Shown here: positions 37,819-49,221 of the stretch, one piece after another
Layout of the letters: every line of letters begins with the position of its first letter
Position numbering within the stretch: the stretch's first letter is position 1
Assembly: GCA_047150005.1 (NCBI GenBank)
Contig: AP038806.1
Span: 704,001-768,000, forward strand
Source: Nitrospira sp.
GTDB taxonomy: Bacteria > Nitrospirota > Nitrospiria > Nitrospirales > Nitrospiraceae
Direction: 5' to 3'
Length of the DNA: 64,000 bases
Notes under the pieces: generated by a model
Database searches by the model: none
The model's input: only the letters and a program-made list of their open reading frames with translations
What the model was told of the DNA's origin: nothing
Position numbers and translations under genes: made by a program

Positions 37819-38922
37819 TCATTGCAATTCCGCCACGTGCGCACTGAGCAGCTTGCGGAGCCTAAACAGCTCGGGATACTTGTGCAAATTGCGCTTCACA
37901 TAGCCGAGCGTCCTGGGAATGTCGGCCAGAAACTTGGGATTGCCCTTCACTCGATCGATGTAGACGAAACGACCCGCCGCCTTTAGATTCCGTTGAATGC
38001 TCGTAAAATCGAACAGGCGCCGAAATGCGTCACGGTTCGTCCAGAGATGCCGCCGCTCCTCCAGTCGATCGAGGAAATAGTCGATCAGACGGTCGATGAG
38101 TGCTTCATCGAGCGCGATGTACGCGTCCCGCAGCAGCGAGGCCAGGTCATAGGTGGCTGGCCCCATCAGCGCATCCTGAAAATCGATGACGCCCAGCCGG
38201 CGGCCGTCGACCATCAGGTTTCTGGAGTGGTAGTCCCGGTGGACGAACACGCGCGGTTGCCCCGCTAATTGCTCGGCGATCTTCCGAAATTCATCCCGAA
38301 TCTCCGAGAGTTCACCGTCGGCCATCGGTCGGCCCCGGCGCGCCGCGATGCCGTACTCGAGAAAATGGTCGAACTCCCACATCAGCAACGGAACATCGAA
38401 GCTGCGATGAAACGCCAGGCACTGTGGATCGGCCGGTGAGGTCGCCTTGATCTGCATGTCGACCAGGATATCGACCGCCTGCCGGTACAGGGCTTCAACT
38501 TCGTTCAATTGAGCGTCCCGGCATGCCTCCGACAGCGTCAGGTCGCCCAAATCTTCCAAGTACAGCAGACCGGCCGCATGATCGTAGTAATACAACCCCG
38601 GAACCGGCACCCCGGCGTTCGCCAAATGCGTCCGGACATTGAGAAACGGAAGCTCAGTGATGTGGTGCGAGGTAGCGCTGACGGCTTCCTCGGAATGCTT
38701 GAACGCCTCCGGCTCGGCCAACTGCATCAGAATCAGCGAGCGGGGCGCGGATTCACTGAACTCAACGCGAAAATATCTCCGGTTGGAGGCATCGCCGGCC
38801 AGCGCGGTCAGCTTCTTGAACGTGCGAGGGGACGGAAGCCTGAATTTCAGCGCCTCGACGATACGGGACTTGTCCGGGGTGGCCAGCGGCTTCTGAGGAG
38901 GCGCAGGGTCGGTTGTACCCAT
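37819..38922 (-). CDS. amgK: APH-family kinase, AmgK-like anomeric MurNAc/GlcNAc kinase
   Basis: LAGDASNRRYFR, LEDLGD, HRDYHSRNLM, IDFQDA.MGP..YDLASLL, QRNLKAAG. Confidence 0.78.
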   Translation of the reverse strand: MGTTDPAPPQKPLATPDKSRIVEALKFRLPSPRTFKKLTALAGDASNRRYFRVEFSESAPRSLILMQLAEPEAFKHSEEAVSATSHHITELPFLNVRTHLANAGVPVPGLYYYDHAAGLLYLEDLGDLTLSEACRDAQLNEVEALYRQAVDILVDMQIKATSPADPQCLAFHRSFDVPLLMWEFDHFLEYGIAARRGRPMADGELSEIRDEFRKIAEQLAGQPRVFVHRDYHSRNLMVDGRRLGVIDFQDALMGPATYDLASLLRDAYIALDEALIDRLIDYFLDRLEERRHLWTNRDAFRRLFDFTSIQRNLKAAGRFVYIDRVKGNPKFLADIPRTLGYVKRNLHKYPELFRLRKLLSAHVAELQ

Positions 38923-39053
38923 CAATGTCGCATTATACACAAATGCGTCGCTTTGGCGAACATTTCACGCCTCCGGTACAGGCAACCGGCACCGAGCTTC
39001 CGCCGCGATCTCATCGAGACGACAACGAGGGGACCGCCGACCGACGGGAACCG

Positions 39054-39464
39054 TCATCGCTCTGCAACAGAGTTCCACGAAACAGAACCGATCGCCGCGC
39101 CGATCGTGTCGGCCACCCAATCCCATGAGCTTGCCTCGCGTAAGGGGACGAAGAATTGATGCAGCTCGTCCGTCATCGCGTACGCGGAAGCCACCGCGAT
39201 CGAGAGCAGCACCGCCTGGCGCGCCGCCGCCGGTCCGGCCGCCCAGCGGAAACCTCGATAGCACAAAACCCCAAGCACGGCATACTCCACCGCATGGAGT
39301 ACTTTGTCGCTGACCTCCTGCGTGAGGAACTGCGGCAGCTGTTCTTCCGGATGCGACTGTGAGGAAAAGTAGAAGATCAGCGCGGCATATCCTAACACCG
39401 GCGCCCAATACCACAGTGGGGACAGCCACGCGTCTTGTCTCAACGGCTCCGACGAGGTCTCCAT
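39054..39464 (-). CDS. VanZ-like membrane protein
   Basis: LIFYFSS, DKVLH..EY..LG, DELHQFFVP.R...D...D..G. Confidence 0.88.
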   Translation of the reverse strand: METSSEPLRQDAWLSPLWYWAPVLGYAALIFYFSSQSHPEEQLPQFLTQEVSDKVLHAVEYAVLGVLCYRGFRWAAGPAAARQAVLLSIAVASAYAMTDELHQFFVPLREASSWDWVADTIGAAIGSVSWNSVAER

Positions 39465-39539
39465 TTGCCTCCGTTCATTGCAAGCCCTACCTCCCTATGA
39501 CATACTCTCCGAAACTTCGCAATTCTCTCTCCGAGGCCG

Positions 39540-41744
39540 ATGAAGACCGCGCGCGTTTGTTTCGTGTGGCATATGCACCAGCCCTACTACACCAACCCGG
39601 TGTTAGCATCGGCCAGTATGCCCTGGGTCCGCCTGCATGCCACCAAGGCCTACTTCGACATGGCCTATCTGCTGGAGCGGTTTCCAGGCGTCAAGGCCAC
39701 CTTCAACTTCACCCCCTCGCTCCTCTTACAACTGCAGGAAATCGGAACGGGCCAGGTCCGCGATCTCTTCTTCGAACATGCCAAGCGGCCGGCCGAAGAC
39801 CTGCGTCCTGAAGAGAAGGCGTTTCTGATCCGACACTTCTTCTCCGCCAACTGGGCCACCATGGTGCGTCCGCATCCGCGTTACCACGAGTTGCTGGTCA
39901 AGCGGGGGCTGGAGACGGACCAGTTTCACCTCGAGCGGATCGCTCGCCAGTTTACCACTCAGGAATTTCTCGATCTTCAAGTGTGGTTCAATCTGGCATG
40001 GTTCGGCTACGGATCTCTGCACCGCTTTCCGCGGCTGGCAGCCCTGCGGGCCAAGAATCGGGGGTTCACCGAAGCGGACAAGCAAGAAGTCCTGGCCCTG
40101 CAGTTGACGGCCGTTCAACAGATCATCCCGATGTACCGCGCCCTGGCCGAACGGGGTCAGATCGAGCTGACGACGACCCCCTTTTATCATCCGATTCTCC
40201 CGCTGGTCATCGATACAGATATTACCCACCGCGCCAGGCCGGACCTGCCGCTTCCTTCGCGCTTCCGAGCCCCGGAGGACGCCGAGGCTCAGTTGCAGCT
40301 AGCGATCGAGTTCCACACCGCCGCGTTCGGCCGCCCTCCTGCCGGCCTTTGGCCCTCCGAAGGCTCGGTCTGTCCGGAATTGATTCCTCTGTTGCCGGGC
40401 ATGGGACTCACGTGGCTGGCGACCGACGAAGGCAATCTCGCCCGTTCGCTGCAGGCCTCCGGTCAGAATTGGCACCGGCCGTCTGATTTGTATCGCGCCT
40501 ATCGGACCGGTCCGCCGGACGGCGAGATGACGATCGTGTTTCGAGACCGCGATCTCTCAGATGCCTTCGGATTCATCTATCACAAGACCACACCGGACGT
40601 GGCGGCGGAAGACGTGCTCCGGCGGCTGCGTCAGATCGTGCGGGACGTCCCGCACGACAGGGTGCTGGTGCCGATCATCCTGGACGGGGAAAACCCGTGG
40701 GAGCATTACCACGAAGGAGGCGAGCAGTTCCTGTCGGCTCTCTACACGGCCTTCGAGCGACAGGCTCTGCATGAGGCGGGCGCGGTCGAAACCGAGACGG
40801 CCACCGTCTCGGAGGCGCTCGCCTCGATGCCGCCGTCCACCCACTTGCACCACCTCCATTCGGGCTCGTGGATCAATCAGGATTTCAAGATTTGGATCGG
40901 ACATGAGGAGGACAACCAGGGATGGAATCTCCTCAGCCATACCCGCTCGCACCTGATTGAACGGACACCTGCGCTTTCGCCTGAACGCGCCAAGGCCGCC
41001 TGGCACGAACTCTACGCGGCGGAAGGCAGCGATTGGTTTTGGTGGTACGGAGACGATTTCGACACGGCGTACAAAGAAGAGTTCGACCGTCTGTTTCGCA
41101 CACACCTGAGAAACGTGTGGACGCTCACCGGCACGACGCCCCCCGATATGCTCAACCAACCGATCTGCGGCGTGCGGACCGGCTCGACAACGGACCGCCT
41201 CACCTACCCTGTGTCATTCCTGCACCCGGCCCTTGACGGACAGGTAACCGATTTCTTCGAATGGCGGGGGGCCGGCACGATCAACACGCAGCCGCCGCTA
41301 GGCGCCATGTGGAAGGCCGATGGACTGTTCGTCGGAATCTACTTCGGATGGGATCTCGACCATTTGTTCTTCCGTCTCGATCCCGAAAACGGCGAGCAGG
41401 CGCGCCGCGAGACGCTGCAGGTCGAAATACAGTTGCAGGGCCAGACGCAGGCCTTCCGCCTGACTTGGCCCATGAACGAGACCGGAACAGTGGAATATAC
41501 GTTGGCCCGCCGTATGCCGGAAAGCACCTGGCAGGAGATCGGACCGTCGCGCCTGTTCTGCCGGAAGACGATTACCGAGCTGGCGATCTCCTTCAAGGAA
41601 CTCGGGGTGGAGGCCGGCCATGTATTGCGGATCAGCTTCGTCGTTCTGGAACGGGGACTCGAGATTGCGCGGTATCCCCACCACCAGCCGGCCGAGGTAA
41701 CGGTTCCCGGACCGGATTACGAATCCGCCTTGTGGCGAGTGTAA
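39540..41744 (+). CDS. Glycoside hydrolase family 57 (amylopullulanase-like)
   Basis: WHMHQP, PFYHPILPL, GLWPSEG, LDGENPWE, GSWI, AEGSDWFWW. Confidence 0.93.
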   Translation: MKTARVCFVWHMHQPYYTNPVLASASMPWVRLHATKAYFDMAYLLERFPGVKATFNFTPSLLLQLQEIGTGQVRDLFFEHAKRPAEDLRPEEKAFLIRHFFSANWATMVRPHPRYHELLVKRGLETDQFHLERIARQFTTQEFLDLQVWFNLAWFGYGSLHRFPRLAALRAKNRGFTEADKQEVLALQLTAVQQIIPMYRALAERGQIELTTTPFYHPILPLVIDTDITHRARPDLPLPSRFRAPEDAEAQLQLAIEFHTAAFGRPPAGLWPSEGSVCPELIPLLPGMGLTWLATDEGNLARSLQASGQNWHRPSDLYRAYRTGPPDGEMTIVFRDRDLSDAFGFIYHKTTPDVAAEDVLRRLRQIVRDVPHDRVLVPIILDGENPWEHYHEGGEQFLSALYTAFERQALHEAGAVETETATVSEALASMPPSTHLHHLHSGSWINQDFKIWIGHEEDNQGWNLLSHTRSHLIERTPALSPERAKAAWHELYAAEGSDWFWWYGDDFDTAYKEEFDRLFRTHLRNVWTLTGTTPPDMLNQPICGVRTGSTTDRLTYPVSFLHPALDGQVTDFFEWRGAGTINTQPPLGAMWKADGLFVGIYFGWDLDHLFFRLDPENGEQARRETLQVEIQLQGQTQAFRLTWPMNETGTVEYTLARRMPESTWQEIGPSRLFCRKTITELAISFKELGVEAGHVLRISFVVLERGLEIARYPHHQPAEVTVPGPDYESALWRV

Positions 41745-41760
41745 ACGTCGCGTCGCGTCG

Positions 41761-41837
41761 AATGTTGAATGATGAGTTTTCAATGTTTAATTGAACGGCG
41801 TAAACTAAGTATTCAACCTTGAGCATTGAACATTGGA
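41761..41837. repeat. Degenerate inverted heptamer arrays (AATGTTG-type)
   Basis: aatgttg aatgatg agttttc aatgttt ... attcaac cttgagc attgaac attggag; AT-rich island between GH57 and galT. Confidence 0.55.
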
Positions 41838-41844
41838 GGGCCTG

Positions 41845-42849
41845 ATGCCCGATTTACGACGCGATCCGATTGTCGGCCGATGGGTGATCATTTCCACGGA
41901 CCGGAGCGGCCGTCCGCACGAATTTACGCAGCTCTTGCCGTCGCGGCCGATCTCCACGGCGCTGTGCCCGTTCTGCCCCGGACAGGAACGACTGACGCCC
42001 AAAGAGATCATGGCATACCGGCCCCAACCGTCCGAGGCGAACACGCCGAATTGGAGCGTGCGGGTCGTTCCCAACAAGTTTCCTGCACTGCAGGTGGAAG
42101 GCGAGCTGGGCCGCGAAGGAGTGGGCCTCTATGACCGGATGAACGGCATCGGCGCGCATGAAGTCATCATCGAAACCCCCGGACACAAGGACGGCCTGGG
42201 AGACCTGCCCGCCCAGAAGATCGAAGACGTCCTGTGGGCCTACCGCGACCGTATTCTCGATCTCAAGAAGGACCCCCGCTTCCGCTACATTCTGATTTTC
42301 AAGAACCACGGAGCCGCGGCCGGCGCAACACTGGAACACACCCACTCGCAACTGATCGCGCTACCGATCATTCCCACCAGTGTCAGCGAAGAAGTCGAAG
42401 GCTGCCGCGCGCACTATCAAAAGAAGGAACGGTGCATCTACTGCGACATTCTCCGTCAGGAATTGACCGACGGAGACCGCGTCGTGGCCGAGAACCCGGA
42501 ATTCGTCTGCATCACCCCGTTTGCACCTCGGTTTCCGTTCGAAATGTGGGTGCTGCCGAAGCGGCACGCCGGCTATTTCGAGGAAGGCCAGAAGGGTCAG
42601 TTCGAGTTCCTCGCGTCCATGCTTTCCGAGGTGCTACGGCGAATGGACAAGGTGTTGGCCAGGCCGCCCTACAACTTCGTCCTGCACAGTTCCCCGCTCC
42701 ATGAGCGAACCGGAGACTTCTATCACTGGCACCTGGAGATCATCCCCAAGCTCACGCAGGTGGCGGGCTTCGAGTGGGGAACCGGTTTCTACATCAACCC
42801 CGTGTCGCCCGAGGAATCGGCCACGTTTCTTCGCGACACGCACCTCTGA
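41845..42849 (+). CDS. galT: GalT-family hexose-1-phosphate nucleotidyltransferase
   Basis: CPFCPG, VPNKFPAL, GAHEVIIETP, FKNHG..AGA.LEHTHSQ, HWHLEI, AGFE.GTG. Confidence 0.88.
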   Translation: MPDLRRDPIVGRWVIISTDRSGRPHEFTQLLPSRPISTALCPFCPGQERLTPKEIMAYRPQPSEANTPNWSVRVVPNKFPALQVEGELGREGVGLYDRMNGIGAHEVIIETPGHKDGLGDLPAQKIEDVLWAYRDRILDLKKDPRFRYILIFKNHGAAAGATLEHTHSQLIALPIIPTSVSEEVEGCRAHYQKKERCIYCDILRQELTDGDRVVAENPEFVCITPFAPRFPFEMWVLPKRHAGYFEEGQKGQFEFLASMLSEVLRRMDKVLARPPYNFVLHSSPLHERTGDFYHWHLEIIPKLTQVAGFEWGTGFYINPVSPEESATFLRDTHL

Positions 42850-42894
42850 GCGGACGCTTGCTCCCCGGCAGCGAGCGGGCTTATCATCACCCCC

Positions 42895-43119
42895 ATGCAA
42901 GTCCAGCTCAGCCACCCTTCCCGAACCGTCGACGTCAAAGGGCCCAAGAAGGTCAAAGACCTCCTTCGGGAACTGAATCTGGTCGTCGAAGCACATTTGG
43001 TCATCCGCGGCGATGAACTAGTGACCGAAGACGAGATGCTCTACGACAAGGACCGCATCGAAATCCGGCCGGTGATCTCGGGAGGAAGCGATCCTGAACC
43101 TGGACCTTTCTTGGTATGA
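42895..43119 (+). CDS. MoaD/ThiS-like sulfur carrier (TtuB-like) with a C-terminal extension
   Basis: Ubiquitin-like size, D.IEIRPVISGG followed by SDPEPGPFLV; stop overlaps the TtuA-like ATG. Confidence 0.85.
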   Translation: MQVQLSHPSRTVDVKGPKKVKDLLRELNLVVEAHLVIRGDELVTEDEMLYDKDRIEIRPVISGGSDPEPGPFLV

Positions 43120-44054
43120 ACTGCACCAAGTGCAAGACGAAAGCCGTCATCAAACTGCCCCGACACCATGCGGCGTTCTGCAAGGGTTGCTTCACGGGTT
43201 TTGTGTACGATCAGGTGGCTCGCGCCATCAAGTCGCAGAAAATGTTCGGCAAGGACGATCGAATTCTGGTCGCGGTCTCGGGCGGCAAGGACAGCCTGGC
43301 CTTGTGGGACATTCTCTTGAAGCTTGGATACAAGGCCGACGCGCTCTACGTGAATCTCGGGATCGGGGACTATTCGCAACGGTCGCATGAAAAGGTCCGG
43401 CGCTTCGCCGAAGTCGTTGCCGCCCCGCTCGGCGCGATGTGCCGTACTCATACAGTCGAGCAGGAGGAAGGCGCCGGGATCAGGGAACTTTCGATGCTCG
43501 CGCACCGGCCGACCTGTAGCACCTGTGGGACTATCAAACGCTATCAATTCAATCGCGCGGCGATCGAGCACGAATACGACGTGATGGCGACGGGCCACAA
43601 CCTGGACGACGAGGCGGCGCGCCTGCTCGGCAACGTGCTCCATTGGCAGGAAGACTATCTCGACAAGCAAGGGCCGAGCTTGCCGGCCTCCGTCGAAGGG
43701 TTTGCGAAAAAGGTCAAGCCGCTCTATCGGTTGACGGAACGCGAGCTGGCGGCCTATTGCGTGTTAAACACGATCGACTACATCGTGGAAGAATGCCCGA
43801 TGGCTCAGGGCGCCAAGACGCTCCTCTACAAGGAGGTCCTGAACCGGCTTGAAACCGAATCCCCTGGCACGAAACAGACGTTCTATTGGGGCTTTCTCGA
43901 CCGGTCACGCAAGGAGACCGAGCGCCAGACCACGATGGCGCACAAGGATCGGATCGCACTGCATCCTTGCGCGACCTGCGGACAACCGACGACCGCCGAG
44001 GTCTGCTCCTACTGTAAGTTGATGGCACGGGCGAAGACCCCCTCCGTTTCCTGA
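43116..44054 (+). CDS. ttuA: TtuA/Ncs6-family tRNA 2-thiolation enzyme
   Basis: N-terminal CxxC...C Zn finger, PP-loop SGGKDS, CSTC, GHNLDD, ECP and C-terminal CxxC...CxxC. Confidence 0.82.
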   Translation: MNCTKCKTKAVIKLPRHHAAFCKGCFTGFVYDQVARAIKSQKMFGKDDRILVAVSGGKDSLALWDILLKLGYKADALYVNLGIGDYSQRSHEKVRRFAEVVAAPLGAMCRTHTVEQEEGAGIRELSMLAHRPTCSTCGTIKRYQFNRAAIEHEYDVMATGHNLDDEAARLLGNVLHWQEDYLDKQGPSLPASVEGFAKKVKPLYRLTERELAAYCVLNTIDYIVEECPMAQGAKTLLYKEVLNRLETESPGTKQTFYWGFLDRSRKETERQTTMAHKDRIALHPCATCGQPTTAEVCSYCKLMARAKTPSVS

Positions 44055-44082
44055 CCACCAACAAGACGGCCATCGATCGTTC

Positions 44083-44703
44083 ATGGGTGATCGCGACCAT
44101 TGTTGCAGTCTCGTGACGGTTGTGCTTTCGCTCTCCCTGTGCCTGCCCATTCCTTCGCTTGCCCATGCCGAGGAGATGGCGGTTCAGATCCCCGTCGGCA
44201 CGCAGACTCTCGGCATCACCGCCGGACCGTTCTTTCCTATTCGCCTGACAGAAGAACAATCGACCAAGCTCTTCGGTGGAGCGACAGGGCTGTCGACGTC
44301 ATTCACGCTCACCGATCCCTTGGGATCCGGTTGGTATCGGGGCCAAGTTTCGCTCGGCGCCGAGCTGATCGGGTTTTTCACCTCCGAACCGAGCGGCTCC
44401 TACGGAATCGGCCTGAGCCCGAAACTCGGCTATACCTTCATCGGAGCCCAGAGATTCCGACCCTATCTCGAGGGAGGCGGAGGACCGATGTGGACCGATC
44501 TGGGAGGCCGCGTGCCTGAACAATCGAGTCAGTTCAATTTTCTGGTCTGGGCCGGCGCCGGCTGTTCCTATCTGGTAACCCCTCAATGGGCCGTCACGGC
44601 CGGCTATCGATTCATGCACATCTCGAACGCCGGGCTCAGCGAGCCCAATTCGGGACTCAATTTCGGCCTGCCGTACGTCGGACTGCAATACTCGCTGTTC
44701 TGA
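44083..44703 (+). CDS. pagL: Outer-membrane beta-barrel, lipid A 3-O-deacylase (PagL)-like
   Basis: Signal peptide, FNF...GAG, YRFMHISNAG...PNSGLN, terminal F. Confidence 0.72.
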   Translation: MGDRDHCCSLVTVVLSLSLCLPIPSLAHAEEMAVQIPVGTQTLGITAGPFFPIRLTEEQSTKLFGGATGLSTSFTLTDPLGSGWYRGQVSLGAELIGFFTSEPSGSYGIGLSPKLGYTFIGAQRFRPYLEGGGGPMWTDLGGRVPEQSSQFNFLVWAGAGCSYLVTPQWAVTAGYRFMHISNAGLSEPNSGLNFGLPYVGLQYSLF

Positions 44704-44860
44704 CAGCGTTCTTGCCCTTGCCAAGCGCCCCGGCAACCCCGTAAGCTGGCGTTCACGCGTCGGATGGGTTTGTATGGAGAGAGTCCACCGTCGTGCGATG
44801 ACGCGACTCGGAGGGGAACGACCGTTGATCCTTCCATCATCGGGGTTATTTCTGTAAATC

Positions 44861-45886
44861 ATGGCGACCACCGCGCGCGACTACTATCAGATCCTCGGCA
44901 TCGCCCGTTCCGCCTCGGCCGACGACATCAAGAAGGCCTTCAGGCGTCTCGCCCGCCAGTACCACCCGGACCTCCATACCGGCGCCAAGAAAGCCGAGAT
45001 GGAGAAAAAGTTCAAAGAACTCAACGAAGCCCATGAAGTCTTGTCCGATCCGGACAAGCGGAAAAAGTACGATCAGTACGGCGCGCAATGGGAACAGGCC
45101 GAGGCCTTTGAAAAGGCGCGGCAACAGGCCGGCACGCGCGGCTTCGGCGGCCAGCAATCAAGCGGCGGATTCTCAGGAGAAGGCTTCTCCGATATCTTTG
45201 AAAATCTGTTCGGCGGACGAGCCCGCGGCGGAGGACGAGGCTTTGCCATGGCGGGCGAAGACCTGGAAACCGAGGTCGATTTGACGCTGCGAGAGGTGCT
45301 CGGCGGTGTCATCAAGCGGGTCAGCCTGCGGGAGCCGTCCACCTGCCCCGTGTGCCAGGGAAGCGGCGAGTTCCGAGGGAGAACCTGTCCCTCCTGCGAA
45401 GGCACCGGAGTAAAAACCGAGGCCAAGACCATCGAGGTCAAAATCCCCGCCGGTGTCCAGGACGGCACAAGGGTCCGTGTGGCCGGCAAGGGACAGCCCG
45501 GCATGAACGGAGGGAAGCGAGGCGATCTCTATCTCCACGTCGTCATTCCTCCCGATCCGATCTTTCGTCGGCAGGGTAGTGACGTCCATGTCGCGCTGCC
45601 GGTCTACCCGTGGGAAGCAGCCTTGGGCGCCGAGGTCATGGCGCCGACCCTCACGGAGCCGGTGAAGGTCAAAGTGCCTCCCGGCAGCAGGTCGGAGAGC
45701 AAGCTGCGGTTGAAAGGCAAGGGGCTTCCATCGGCCGCCGGCGGCCATGGCGACCTCTTTCTCACCCTGCAGATCGTCATGCCGACCTCGGTCACGGACG
45801 AAGAGCAGTCCCTCTATGAACGGTTGGCGAAGGTGCGGCATCCCGACCCGCGCGCCGAACTCCTGACTCAAGCCCGACTGCGGTAG
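44861..45886 (+). CDS. DnaJ/CbpA-like co-chaperone
   Basis: J domain with HPD, G/F-rich region, two CxxCxGxG motifs and DnaJ C-terminal domain. Confidence 0.92.
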   Translation: MATTARDYYQILGIARSASADDIKKAFRRLARQYHPDLHTGAKKAEMEKKFKELNEAHEVLSDPDKRKKYDQYGAQWEQAEAFEKARQQAGTRGFGGQQSSGGFSGEGFSDIFENLFGGRARGGGRGFAMAGEDLETEVDLTLREVLGGVIKRVSLREPSTCPVCQGSGEFRGRTCPSCEGTGVKTEAKTIEVKIPAGVQDGTRVRVAGKGQPGMNGGKRGDLYLHVVIPPDPIFRRQGSDVHVALPVYPWEAALGAEVMAPTLTEPVKVKVPPGSRSESKLRLKGKGLPSAAGGHGDLFLTLQIVMPTSVTDEEQSLYERLAKVRHPDPRAELLTQARLR

Positions 45887-45890
45887 CGGG

Positions 45891-46526
45891 ATGACGCTGA
45901 CCGAATACGGTGTACTGGCCTTCAGCTCCCTCTTCGTGATTGTGGATCCCATCGCAACGGTTCCGGCCTTCCTGTCGATGACCGCCCGCGATACGATTGC
46001 TCAGCGCCTGCGGATGGCCCGCGTGGCCTGTTTCGTCGCGGTCGGCATCCTTGCCGCATTCGGACTGATCGGCCAATGGCTCTTCGCGCTCCTCGGCATC
46101 TCCCTCCCGGCTGTCCAGATCGCGGGCGCGCTGGTTTTATTGCTGGTGGCGCTGGACATGCTGAGAGCGCAACGCTCGCCGGTGCAGGGCACCGACGCGG
46201 AGACGGCGGAAGGCGCCACGAAGGACGACATCGCCGTCACGCCGCTGGCCGTCCCGATGCTGGCGGGACCGGCTGCGATCTCGACCGTCATTCTGCTGGA
46301 GGCGCAGGCCGTCGACTGGACCTATCGAGCCCTGCTGCTCACTTGCGTTGCGCTGGTGGGTCTGGCAAGCTACCTCATCCTGGCAATCAGTTCGTCGGGG
46401 GCCAGGTGGATCAGCCCCCTTGCGGAGAAAATCATCACGCGCTTGATGGGTCTGCTCCTTGCCGCCTTGGCCGTTCAGTTCCTCTTCAACGGACTGAAGG
46501 GCGAGGGCGGCTTGTTTGTGCGATAA
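45891..46526 (+). CDS. MarC family membrane protein
   Basis: LFVIVDP, PLAVPMLAGPAAI, RLMGLLL. Confidence 0.92.
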   Translation: MTLTEYGVLAFSSLFVIVDPIATVPAFLSMTARDTIAQRLRMARVACFVAVGILAAFGLIGQWLFALLGISLPAVQIAGALVLLLVALDMLRAQRSPVQGTDAETAEGATKDDIAVTPLAVPMLAGPAAISTVILLEAQAVDWTYRALLLTCVALVGLASYLILAISSSGARWISPLAEKIITRLMGLLLAALAVQFLFNGLKGEGGLFVR

Positions 46527-46575
46527 TGATGCAATCGTTTCGTCTTATACGATCTCTTAACCGAAGGAGGACGGC

Positions 46576-47196
46576 ATGAAGAAGGGAATCGGGAACGTCA
46601 TGACGCTCGGGGCGGCCGCGGCATTCACGCTGGCGCTCGCAACCTCGGGAGTCTGGGCGAACGAACCGGGGTACGGGAAGGAGGGTCATGGCGGAGGTCA
46701 GTACGGCGGCATGCGCGGCCACGGCATGGGCATGATGCACAGCAGCGCCGGTCATTTGATCCGCCACCTGCTCAAGCACGAGAAGGAAATCGGGTTGACG
46801 GCCGATCAGGTCGCCAAGCTGAAGGAGACCCAACTCAACCTCGACAAGACCCGTATCAGGAGCGAAGCCGATATCCAGGTCGCCGAACGTGAGGTCAAGG
46901 CGCTCACCGACGATGAGAAGTCCGACCTCGGCGCCATCGAGGCCAAGCTGAAACAGAGCGAGGATCTGCAGGTCGCACTCCGCATGACTTCCATCAAGAC
47001 GCGCCGCGAGGTTCTGGCTCTGCTTACGCCGGAACAGCGCCAGAAGGAAAAGGCCGAACACGAGAAAATGATGCAACAGCATAAAGAGGGCGGCAAGGGC
47101 GGTATGAATCCGCACGGAGGCGGCACGGGCAATCCCCACGGAGGGATGATGCCGGGCCATTCGCCTAAAGCCGCGGATGCTCCGCCGACGAACTAG
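46576..47196 (+). CDS. Spy/CpxP-like periplasmic protein with Gly/His/Met-rich tails
   Basis: Signal peptide; LTADQ and LTPEQ (LTxxQ) motifs. Confidence 0.82.
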   Translation: MKKGIGNVMTLGAAAAFTLALATSGVWANEPGYGKEGHGGGQYGGMRGHGMGMMHSSAGHLIRHLLKHEKEIGLTADQVAKLKETQLNLDKTRIRSEADIQVAEREVKALTDDEKSDLGAIEAKLKQSEDLQVALRMTSIKTRREVLALLTPEQRQKEKAEHEKMMQQHKEGGKGGMNPHGGGTGNPHGGMMPGHSPKAADAPPTN

Positions 47197-47226
47197 CTCC
47201 GTCCGCCTTCAATGAGGAGACACACC

Positions 47227-47538
47227 ATGAGACATCATCTACTCACCGCGATACTCACGATCGCTACGGTTGCCGGACTCAGCGTTCCCGCCTGGAGCGG
47301 CAAGCACGGTGACCTGCTCAAAGACGCGAAGGTGACGATCGACCAGGCGATTAAGACGGCGCTCGAAAAGGTTCCGGGCACCGCCGTCGAGGCGGAACTC
47401 GAAAAGAAGCACGGCAAAGCCGTATGGGAAGTCGAGATCGTCGGCGCCGACGGCAAGGTGACCGAGGTGCACATCGACGCGGCCACCGGCGAGGTGATCG
47501 ACACGGAAGCCAAGAAGGGCGGGAAGAAGGGGAAATAG
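47227..47538 (+). CDS. PepSY domain exported protein
   Basis: QAIKTAL..VPG...EAELE....WEVEI......EVHIDAATGEVI. Confidence 0.88.
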   Translation: MRHHLLTAILTIATVAGLSVPAWSGKHGDLLKDAKVTIDQAIKTALEKVPGTAVEAELEKKHGKAVWEVEIVGADGKVTEVHIDAATGEVIDTEAKKGGKKGK

Positions 47539-47544
47539 TCCGTC

Positions 47545-49206
<1,662 letters not shown>

Positions 49207-49221
49207 GAGGAGGCCGGTTGC

